NCBI GenBank assembly: GCA_944385765.1 | Contig: CALWYL010000006.1 | Span: 18,220 to 50,219 of the forward strand | From: an uncultured Oscillospiraceae bacterium | GTDB taxonomy: Bacteria; Bacillota; Clostridia; Oscillospirales; Oscillospiraceae | Length of the DNA stretch: 32,000 nt | Reading direction: 5' to 3' | Shown here: positions 25,176 through 32,000 of the stretch, piece after piece | How the letters are laid out: the number at the start of each line of letters is the position of its first letter | Position numbering within the stretch: position 1 is the first letter of the stretch | The notes under the pieces: generated by a model | Told to the model about the DNA's origin: nothing | The model's database searches: none | Seen by the model: the letters and a program-made list of their open reading frames with translations, nothing else | Program-made: the position numbers and the translations under genes

Positions 25176-25949
25176 ATGGCCAATCGCATACTGGAAAAAT
25201 TCCGCCGCGGCGAGAAGAGCCTCGGCATCTTCACCCACATGCTCAGCGCCACCGCCATCGAGGCCATGGCCTACACCGGGCTCGACTACGCCATCATCGA
25301 CATAGAGCACAGCCCCATAGCCGCCGAACACGCCGCCGAGCTGGTCGGCGTGGCGGAGCGGTCCGGCCTCAGCGCGCTGGTGCGGGTGGACGCCATCGAG
25401 CGCAGCCCCATCCTCAAGATGCTGGACGTGGGTGCCTCCGGCCTGATAGTCCCGCAGGTGGAGAGCGTGGAGCAGGTCAGAACCCTGGTGTCCTACGCCA
25501 AGTTCGCCCCCCTGGGCAGCCGCGGCTACTGCCAGACCCGCGACGGAGGCTGGGGCCTGGCGGAAAACTACGCCGGCGGCATGGCCGGCTACATGGCGCG
25601 CGCCAACGCGGAGACCCTGCTCATTCCCCAGTGCGAGACCGCCGGCTGCCTGGAGCACATAGAGGATATCGTGGCCGTGGAGGGCGTGGACGGCATCTTC
25701 ATCGGCCCCTTCGACCTCTCCATCGCCCTGGGCATCCCCGGCGAGTTCGCCGACGAGCGGCACATAGCCGCCGTGGAGCGGGTGCGCACGGCCTGCGAGA
25801 GGGCCGGCAAGCTCTGCATAATGTTCTGCGGCGACGGAGAGACCGCCGCGCGCTACTTCGCCCAGGGCTTCCCCAGCGTCACCGCCGGCATGGACGTAAA
25901 CGTGCTGCAGTCCGGGCTGCGCAAGCTCGCCGGCGCCGCCTTCGCCTGA
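25176..25949 (+). CDS. HpcH/HpaI-family aldolase
   Basis: 257 aa with family motifs (YAIIDIEHSP, VRVDA, LIVPQVESVEQ, PLGSRG, IPQCET, GIFIGPFDLS). GGAGAGG lies upstream. Confidence 0.85.
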   Translation: MANRILEKFRRGEKSLGIFTHMLSATAIEAMAYTGLDYAIIDIEHSPIAAEHAAELVGVAERSGLSALVRVDAIERSPILKMLDVGASGLIVPQVESVEQVRTLVSYAKFAPLGSRGYCQTRDGGWGLAENYAGGMAGYMARANAETLLIPQCETAGCLEHIEDIVAVEGVDGIFIGPFDLSIALGIPGEFADERHIAAVERVRTACERAGKLCIMFCGDGETAARYFAQGFPSVTAGMDVNVLQSGLRKLAGAAFA

Positions 25950-25997
25950 GCGCCGCCGGGCAGCCGCGCTCGGCAGACAGTTCGGAGGTGATGGGCT

Positions 25998-27074
25998 TTG
26001 AGGAAGGTATATTTCATCCGCCACGGCGACGTGGAGACGCCCGGCGGCGAGAGCTTCTGCCTGGGCACGGCGGACTTCCCGCTGTCCGCCGCCGGCAGGG
26101 CGCGCTCCGTGCTGCTCGCCCCCGGCTTTGAGAGCTGGGGGGTCTCCGAGGTCTTCTCCAGCCCGCTCTCCCGCGCGCTGGAGACGGCGGCGCTCATGGG
26201 CGCCCGGCCCATCGCGCTGCCTGGCCTGGCCGAGGCCGGCCAGGGCGACTGGGACGGCCTGCCCTTTTCCGAGATACGCGAGCGCTGGCCCGAGCTCTAC
26301 GCCGCGCGCGGGCGCGACCGCACTCTGCTCCCCCCGGGGGCGGAGGAGCCGGACGCCGTGCTCGGCCGCTTCACCCGCGCCGTCGGCGAGGCCCTGGAGT
26401 GCACCCGCGGGGACATTGCCCTGGTCACCCACCGCTCCGCGCTGCGGCTCTTCCTCGGCTCCGCGCTGGGCCTCACGGCGGATGCCGCCGCGCGGCTGGA
26501 GCTGCACTGCGGCTCCGTCACCCGCCTGGAGTGGTCAGGCGGCCTCTGGGAGCTCGGCGGCCGCGCCGGCCAGCGACCGCATCCGGAGCTGCTGCCCCCG
26601 CTCTGCCTCAGGCTGCTCGAAGCCGACGCGCCCGACAGGGTGGCCGCGCACTGCCGCGCCGTGGAGCGGGAGGCCCTGCGCCTCGTCTGTGCCCTGGCCG
26701 CCGCCGGGGTCTACCCCGACGAGTTCGCCGTCAGCGCCGGCGCGCTGCTGCACGATATCGCGCGCACGGAGCCGGAACACGCCGCGCGGGGGGCGGAGTT
26801 GCTGGAGGCCCTAGGCTATCCCCGCATCGCCTCCATAGTCCGCCAGCACCACGGCCTGGACGAGCCTGAACATCTGGACGAGGCGGCGGTGGTGTTCCTG
26901 GCGGATAAGCTGGTGCTGGGCGCAAAACACGTGGGGCTGGAGTCCCGCTTCGCCGAGAGCGAGGCCAGGTGCTCGACGCCCGAGGCCCGGGCCTCCCACG
27001 AGCGCCAGCTGGAGCAGGCCCGCGCCCTCCGGCGCAGGATCAACTCCCTCTGCGGGAAAACCGTCGTCGCCTGA
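25998..27074 (+). CDS. fusion protein: N-terminal histidine phosphatase domain + C-terminal HD domain
   Basis: The TTG start has GGAGGTG 7 nt upstream. The N-terminal domain carries VYFIRHGDVE, SSPLSRALETA and VTHRSALR. The C-terminal domain carries an HD signature (ALLHDIAR, VRQHHG). Confidence 0.8.
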   Translation: MRKVYFIRHGDVETPGGESFCLGTADFPLSAAGRARSVLLAPGFESWGVSEVFSSPLSRALETAALMGARPIALPGLAEAGQGDWDGLPFSEIRERWPELYAARGRDRTLLPPGAEEPDAVLGRFTRAVGEALECTRGDIALVTHRSALRLFLGSALGLTADAAARLELHCGSVTRLEWSGGLWELGGRAGQRPHPELLPPLCLRLLEADAPDRVAAHCRAVEREALRLVCALAAAGVYPDEFAVSAGALLHDIARTEPEHAARGAELLEALGYPRIASIVRQHHGLDEPEHLDEAAVVFLADKLVLGAKHVGLESRFAESEARCSTPEARASHERQLEQARALRRRINSLCGKTVVA

Positions 27075-27103
27075 GGGACAATACAGACAACACGGCCGCA
27101 TGA

Positions 27104-27136
27104 CCGCCGCGCGGAGACCCCGCGCGGCGGATTTTC
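27104..27136 (+). terminator. rho-independent terminator of the long MATE-to-HD operon
   Basis: A perfect 11-bp stem CCGCCGCGCGG / CCGCGCGGCGG with loop AGACC is followed by ATTTTCA. It starts 30 nt after the stop at 27074. Confidence 0.8.
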
Positions 27137-27423
27137 ATGCTCTCCTCCCGCCCGGCAGAGGCATATTTATTCTCCCGGGGCAAATGTTAAAAAATTTTAC
27201 CCCCGCCTCTGCGGTGCCCATACCCGTTTTTGACACGATTGCTCCCAATATTTTCTTCAGATCCTTCACTCCGCGGACGCGCCCATGTTGTGATACATTT
27301 ACAAACATGTATTCTGTTTTGACAAAAATTTTGTTCAACCACCACGGCGCTCAGCGCTCAAAAAATAATTTTGAAATAGTTAACCACATTGAGAATTATC
27401 CCTCATTCTTCATATAACACAAC

Positions 27424-27439
27424 TTTTTGCTAGCAAAAA
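27424..27439. promoter_or_regulatory. perfect 16-bp palindrome, candidate operator
   Basis: TTTTTGCTAGCAAAAA is exactly self-complementary. It ends 15 nt upstream of the -35 hexamer of the regulator promoter. Confidence 0.35.
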
Positions 27440-27454
27440 TATCAAAAAAAATGT

Positions 27455-27483
27455 TTGACATATGTTTTACCCTGTGGTATTTA
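27455..27483 (+). promoter_or_regulatory. sigma-A promoter of the YheO-like regulator / amidohydrolase locus
   Basis: TTGACA (27455-27460), a 17-nt spacer, then an extended -10 TGGTATTTA (27475-27483). An A-rich tract lies upstream. AGAGGTGG lies before the ATG at 27529. Confidence 0.6.
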
Positions 27484-27528
27484 ATAGAGTAAATCGAAAA
27501 TACTTTTTGATATATCAGAGGTGGTGTA

Positions 27529-28146
27529 ATGATAAGCGAGAGGGATCAGGAGCTGTTCTTGCAGAAGCTGGCGTCCAACATTGCACGCCAATTCGGCCGG
27601 AACTGCGAGGTCGCCATACATGAATTTCAGGGCGGCACGCTTGTGATCAAGCACATCGAGAACGGATACATAACCGGCCGCCGCGCGGGCGACGTCAGCG
27701 ACAACGAGCTCTTTGAGGAGTTCGTGGAAAAGGACTTTGTGCGCAACCCCGTTTACCGGATGCAGACCAAAAGCGGGAGGAACCTGCTGGCCTCCACCAC
27801 CCCCATCAGAGCAGGGGACGAGACGAAGGGCTATATCTGTATAAATTACGACATAACAGAGCTGGAGAACGTGAGCAAGGCTCTGGACTGGGTGACGGGC
27901 GAACACACCTGCCCCAACGGCAGCGACGTGGGCCAGCTCCTGGAGTACCACCTGGCCGCCTGCGAGCAGCTCATAGGCAAAAAGCCGGAAAATATGGACC
28001 GGGCGGACAAGTTCCGCGCGGTGGAGTACCTGGAGAACAAGCACGTGTTCATGATAACCAAGTCCAGCACGCGTGTCTGCGAGTTCCTCAACCTGACAAA
28101 ATACGCTCTCTACAACTTCCTCGACGAGATCAGGAAGAACAAATAA
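27529..28146 (+). CDS. YheO/DauR-like transcriptional regulator (YheO-type PAS domain + C-terminal HTH)
   Basis: 205 aa. The N-terminal half resembles the YheO-like PAS fold (NCEVAIHEF...GYICINYDIT). The C-terminal end is HTH-like (KSSTRVCEFLNLTKYALYNFLDEIRK). Its GC content is visibly lower than the neighbours. Confidence 0.7.
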   Translation: MISERDQELFLQKLASNIARQFGRNCEVAIHEFQGGTLVIKHIENGYITGRRAGDVSDNELFEEFVEKDFVRNPVYRMQTKSGRNLLASTTPIRAGDETKGYICINYDITELENVSKALDWVTGEHTCPNGSDVGQLLEYHLAACEQLIGKKPENMDRADKFRAVEYLENKHVFMITKSSTRVCEFLNLTKYALYNFLDEIRKNK

Positions 28147-28189
28147 TGCGGAGATATTCAAAACTGCTTATGCGGAGAAGGAGGCCAAT

Positions 28190-29437
28190 GTGAAAAAACT
28201 GATCCTATGCAAGCGACTCTTCACCTCTGAGACCGACTACGCCCAGGACAACATGGCGATAGTCGTCGACGACAACAGGATAAGCGATGTCCTGCCCGCC
28301 GCGGAGGTAAACCGGGAGGCCTTTGACGAGGTCATCGACCTGAGCGACAGCTTTGTCATGCCCGGCCTGTTCGACTGCCACACCCACATCGCCAGCAACG
28401 GCGGCACCGACGAGATGCGGGACGACGTCCGCTATTCCGAGATCCCGGCGACCTACGCCCTGCGCGGCGTCAACCGCGCCAAGGACGACCTGATGGCCGG
28501 CTTCACCAGCATCCGCGACCTGGGCTGCTGCCCCGAGTGGGCCGACGTCTGCGTGATGAACGCCATCGCCTCCGGCGCCTTCCCGGGCCCCAGGATGATG
28601 GTCTCCGGCATAACGCTCAACGCCTCCGGCGGACACGGCGACAACAGGTTCATGCCCCAGTACTCCGGCCTCGGCAAGGACAACGTCCGCGCCATCATCT
28701 GCGGACCCGATCAGGCCCGCCAGGCCGCCCGCATGAACTTCAAATACGGCGCCACCTGCCTGAAGTTCATGGCCACTTATGGCATACTCTCCTACAGCGA
28801 CGATCCCGGCCCGCAGGAGCTCACCTATGATGAGATGCGCGCCGCCATCGAGATCGCCGAGTTCCGCGGCTATCCCTCCTGCGCCCACGCCGAGGGCCGC
28901 TATGGCATCCGCGCCGCCGTCGAGGCCGGCGTGACCTCCATCGAGCACGGCATTTTCATGGACGAGGAGACCGCCGAGCTGATGGTCCAGAAGGGCACCT
29001 ATCTGGTCCCCACCCTGGTCACCATGAACAGGATGCTGGAGAAGATGGAGCCCGGCGCCTTCTCCGAGGCCGTGGCCAACAAGATACGCCGCGCCGCCGC
29101 GGTCCACGCCAAGACCATAGGCATGGCCTACCGCAAGGGCGTCAAGATCGCCTTCGGCACCGACGTCGGCGCCCCCTATGTCTTCCACGGCACGCAGGCC
29201 GAGGAGTTCGTGTACATGGTCCGCGACGCCGGCATGGCCCCGGCCCACGCCCTCCACGCCGCCACCCGCACCGCCGCCGAGTCCTTCAACTGGGGCGACA
29301 AGGTGGGCACCATCACCAAGGGCAAGCTGGCCGACATAGTGGCCGTCCAGGGCGACCCCCTGGTCGACATCTCCGTGATGCAGGACGTCAAGTTCGTGAT
29401 GAAGGACGGCGTTGTGTACAAAGACGCCCGCGCCTGA
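28190..29437 (+). CDS. amidohydrolase-superfamily metallohydrolase (COG1228-like), paralog 1
   Basis: The GTG start has GAAGGAGG upstream. It carries an HxH motif (FDCHTHI), a candidate carbamylated Lys (LKFMATYG), further His (CAHAEG, SIEHG) and Asp (FGTDV). Length is 415 aa. Confidence 0.85.
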   Translation: MKKLILCKRLFTSETDYAQDNMAIVVDDNRISDVLPAAEVNREAFDEVIDLSDSFVMPGLFDCHTHIASNGGTDEMRDDVRYSEIPATYALRGVNRAKDDLMAGFTSIRDLGCCPEWADVCVMNAIASGAFPGPRMMVSGITLNASGGHGDNRFMPQYSGLGKDNVRAIICGPDQARQAARMNFKYGATCLKFMATYGILSYSDDPGPQELTYDEMRAAIEIAEFRGYPSCAHAEGRYGIRAAVEAGVTSIEHGIFMDEETAELMVQKGTYLVPTLVTMNRMLEKMEPGAFSEAVANKIRRAAAVHAKTIGMAYRKGVKIAFGTDVGAPYVFHGTQAEEFVYMVRDAGMAPAHALHAATRTAAESFNWGDKVGTITKGKLADIVAVQGDPLVDISVMQDVKFVMKDGVVYKDARA

Positions 29438-29474
29438 TGCAGGGACAGCGTATAGTCAAGAAAGGACGCATGAA

Positions 29475-30728
29475 ATGAGAAAAGTAATCCTCTGCAAGCA
29501 GCTCTTCACCGCTGAGACCGAATTCGCGCAGGACAATATGGCCATAGTGCTCGACGACAACGTGATCACCGACGTGGTCCGCGCCGACGAGATAAAGGAT
29601 CTGAGCGGTTTTGACGAGGTCCTCGACCTCTCCGATAAGTTCGTACTGCCCGGGCTGTTCGACTGCCACGCCCACTGCGCCTTCAACGGCTCCTTCTCGG
29701 AGACCTCCGACCAGTACATGTGCTCCAGCTCCGGCCCCTTCATCGCGCTGAAGGCCATAAAGAACCTGCAGGACGACCTGATGGCCGGCTTCACCAGCAT
29801 CCGCGACGTGGGCTGCTGCCCCGACTGGGCGGATATCGCCATCCGCAACTCCATCAACGAGGGCTCCCACTGGGGCCCCAGGATGTCGGTCGTCGGCCTG
29901 ACGATCAACGCCGTGGGCGGCCACGGCGACAACCACCTGCTGCCGTCCTACTCCAGCCTCGGCACCGACAGGGTGCGCGCCATCATCTGCGGCGCCGACC
30001 AGGCCCGCCAGGCGGCCAGGATCAACTTCAAGTACGGCGCCGACGGCATAAAGTTCATGTCCACCTACGGCGTTATGACCCCGGGCGACGACCCCGGCCC
30101 GCAGGAGCTCACCTATGACGAGATGCGCGCCATAATCGAGGTCGCCGAGTTCCACGGCGGCTACACCTGCACCCACGCGCACGGCCTGAACGGCATCAAG
30201 TGCGCTGTGAGGGCCGGCGTCACCTCCATCGAGCACGGCACCTTCATCGACGAGGAGGCCGCAGAGATGATGGTCGAGCGCGGCACCTACCTGGTCCCCA
30301 CCCTGGTGGTCGACCCCCGTATGTTCCGCTGCATGAAGCCCGGCGAGATCGCCCCCAACGTCATCGCCAAGGCCCGCCGCTGCACCGAGGTGCACGCCAA
30401 GAACATCGGCATGGCCTACCGCAAGGGCGTCAAGATCGCCTTCGGCACCGACGTGTGCGCCCCCTACCTCTACCACGGCACCCAGGCCGAGGAGTTCGTG
30501 TTCATGGTCAACGAGGCCGGCATGAAGCCCGCCCACGCCCTGCAGTCCGCCACCACCATCGCCTCCCAGCTGCTCGGCTGGGGCGACAAGCTGGGCACCA
30601 TCACCAAGGGCAAGCTGGCCGACATAATCGCTGTCGACTCCAACCCGCTGGAGGACATCAGCGTCATGCAGAATGTAACCTTTGTCATGAAGGATGGCAA
30701 AGTTTACAAAAATACAAGCAAACAATGA
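29475..30728 (+). CDS. amidohydrolase-superfamily metallohydrolase (COG1228-like), paralog 2
   Basis: The ATG at 29475 (MRKVILCKQLFTAE...) is in frame with track ORF 29412..30728. It carries the same ligand set as paralog 1 (FDCHAHC, IKFMSTYG, CTHAHG, SIEHG, FGTDV). It is colinear with paralog 1 along its whole length. Confidence 0.85.
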   Translation: MRKVILCKQLFTAETEFAQDNMAIVLDDNVITDVVRADEIKDLSGFDEVLDLSDKFVLPGLFDCHAHCAFNGSFSETSDQYMCSSSGPFIALKAIKNLQDDLMAGFTSIRDVGCCPDWADIAIRNSINEGSHWGPRMSVVGLTINAVGGHGDNHLLPSYSSLGTDRVRAIICGADQARQAARINFKYGADGIKFMSTYGVMTPGDDPGPQELTYDEMRAIIEVAEFHGGYTCTHAHGLNGIKCAVRAGVTSIEHGTFIDEEAAEMMVERGTYLVPTLVVDPRMFRCMKPGEIAPNVIAKARRCTEVHAKNIGMAYRKGVKIAFGTDVCAPYLYHGTQAEEFVFMVNEAGMKPAHALQSATTIASQLLGWGDKLGTITKGKLADIIAVDSNPLEDISVMQNVTFVMKDGKVYKNTSKQ

Positions 30729-30739
30729 GGAGGTAAACA

Positions 30740-32000
30740 ATGAAAAAGTTCCTGTGCATCCTGCTCGCGGCCGCGATGTGCTTCTGCCTGTTCGGCTGCG
30801 GAAGCACCGACGAACCCGCGACGTCGTCGGACCCCTCCGCCTCTGGCGAACCCGCTGACGACCCCGGTACTTCCACTGAGGGTAAGGACAGCATCACCAT
30901 CTCCCTCGCCACCGAGCTGCAGACCCTGAGCGCGCTCGGCATGCAGAACATCGTCACCAACGAGGTTCTGACGAACGTGTATGACGGCCTGATCAAGCTC
31001 GACCAGGACGCCAACATCGTCCCCAACGTCGCCGAGAGCTGGGAATGGGATGAAGAGGCTGTCAAGTACACCTTCCATATCAAGAAGGGCGTCCTGTTCC
31101 ACGACGGCACCGAGCTCAAGGCCAGCGACGTGGCTTTCACCTTCAATCTGCTCATGAACGAGTACCGTGACTACCAGGCCACCACCGCCGCCCAGATCGA
31201 CCATGTCGAGGTCGTCGACGATTACACCCTGGACGTCTACCTGACCGCTCCCTCCGCTTCCTTCCTGTACAACTGCGTCATCAACGTGAAGCTCTACAGC
31301 GAGGCTGCCTGGGAGACCACCAACGGCTACTCCGACGGCGTCATCTCCTGCGGCCCCTACAAGCTGGTGTCCTATGACCCCGCCACCGGCGTTGTGCTGG
31401 AGGCCTTTGAGGACTACCACGGCGATCCCAAGCCCAGCATCAAGAACGTCTACTTCAACATAGTCCCCGACGCCAACACCCAGGTCATGGCCCTGCAGAC
31501 CGGCGAGCTGAATGTCTCCCGCGACTTCCCCGCCAGCACCATCGCCACCATCGAGGCCGATGAGAACCTCGACATCTACTCCCACGACTGCGGCATGGTC
31601 TACTTCCTGCAGTTCAACCTGCGTGACAACGGCCTCGAGCCCCTGAAGAACAAGCTCGTCCGCCAGGCCATCAACTACGCCCTCGACAAGGACTTCATGC
31701 TGGCCGTCGCCGAGGAGGGCCTGGGCACCGTCGCCAACTCCATAGCCAACCCCAACATGACCGGTTATGACGAGGAGATCCCCTACTACGAGTACAATTC
31801 CGAGAAGGCCAAGGAGCTGCTGACCGAGGCCGGCTATCCCGACGGCTTTGATCTGGGCATCATCTACTGCCGCGAGGGCAAGGACCAGAGCATGGCTGAG
31901 ATCGCCATGGAGAACCTGGCTGTCATCGGCATCACCTCCACCGTCACCGTGGTCGAGAACAACGCCTTCATCGACATGCTGATGAACGGCAACTTCAACG
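30740..32000 (+). CDS. family-5 (peptide/nickel/opine type) ABC substrate-binding lipoprotein, 3'-truncated by the window end
   Basis: This gene is not in the ORF track because it has no stop in the window. I translated it by hand from the ATG at 30740, which has GAGGAGG upstream: MKKFLCILLAAAMCFCLFGCGSTDEP... (lipobox LFGC). SBP_bac_5-like segments follow (VTNVYDGLIKLDQDANIVPNVAESWEW, GPYKLVSYDP, RQAINYALDKD). The frame stays open to 32000. Confidence 0.85.
   Translation, partial: MKKFLCILLAAAMCFCLFGCGSTDEPATSSDPSASGEPADDPGTSTEGKDSITISLATELQTLSALGMQNIVTNEVLTNVYDGLIKLDQDANIVPNVAESWEWDEEAVKYTFHIKKGVLFHDGTELKASDVAFTFNLLMNEYRDYQATTAAQIDHVEVVDDYTLDVYLTAPSASFLYNCVINVKLYSEAAWETTNGYSDGVISCGPYKLVSYDPATGVVLEAFEDYHGDPKPSIKNVYFNIVPDANTQVMALQTGELNVSRDFPASTIATIEADENLDIYSHDCGMVYFLQFNLRDNGLEPLKNKLVRQAINYALDKDFMLAVAEEGLGTVANSIANPNMTGYDEEIPYYEYNSEKAKELLTEAGYPDGFDLGIIYCREGKDQSMAEIAMENLAVIGITSTVTVVENNAFIDMLMNGNFN

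Noticed and set aside
27100-27417. 105-aa plus-strand ORF and the 67-aa minus-strand ORF (27135..27338, TTG start) inside the AT-rich island.
   Set aside because: The plus-strand ORF starts inside the terminator stem. The minus-strand ORF has only a GGTGG directly abutting a TTG start and ends in the terminator. Neither has family resemblance. They are probably chance frames, although a small protein cannot be fully excluded without expression data.
1-32000. Search for CRISPR arrays, IS elements or transposases, integrases, phage genes, toxin-antitoxin pairs, restriction-modification or other defence genes, and rRNA/tRNA genes.
   Set aside because: No regularly spaced direct repeats, no terminal inverted repeats flanking a transposase-like ORF, and no ORF with such family motifs were seen. 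The only sizeable repeat is the tandem amidohydrolase duplication.

Overview
This is a high-GC, densely coding chromosomal segment that looks Firmicutes/Clostridia-like. That call is inferred from gene content: lipoprotein solute-binding proteins, DUF896, the UPF0237/UPF0210 pair, rhodanese-less ThiI, and Spo0A-box-like sites. I support 32 protein genes and found no rRNA, tRNA, CRISPR array, transposase, integrase or recognisable defence system.

Gene layout, left to right:
- A minus-strand operon: XRE regulator, lepA, SdpI-like membrane protein, beta-CASP MBL hydrolase and an unknown gene.
- A minus-strand iron-uptake operon: feoA, feoA, feoB and the FeoB-associated Cys-rich peptide.
- A plus-strand maltodextrin locus: LacI-family regulator, CUT1-type binding protein, two permeases and malQ.
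- An orphan ParB/Noc-like gene, then a DUF378 gene and a metallophosphoesterase, then typA/bipA.
- An 11-gene, tightly packed plus-strand operon: MATE, YfbR-like HD, ACT, UPF0210, DUF896, thiI, cinA, histidine phosphatase, HpcH aldolase and a histidine phosphatase-HD fusion.
- A separate locus behind a very AT-rich spacer: YheO/DauR-like regulator, two tandem amidohydrolase paralogs and a family-5 peptide binding protein that runs off the window.

Nothing here is a clear-cut novel system. The most unexplained parts are:
- The 320-bp non-coding region upstream of the orphan ParB-like gene. It holds two identical tandem Spo0A-type boxes and a possible structured RNA ending in a terminator.
- The uncharacterised regulator/amidohydrolase-pair/peptide-transporter locus and its AT-rich control region.
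- The phosphatase-aldolase-phosphatase/HD cassette.
- DtxR/IdeR-type boxes, rather than Fur boxes, in the feo leader.

Many long ORFs in the track are antisense artefacts of high GC content and were discarded.
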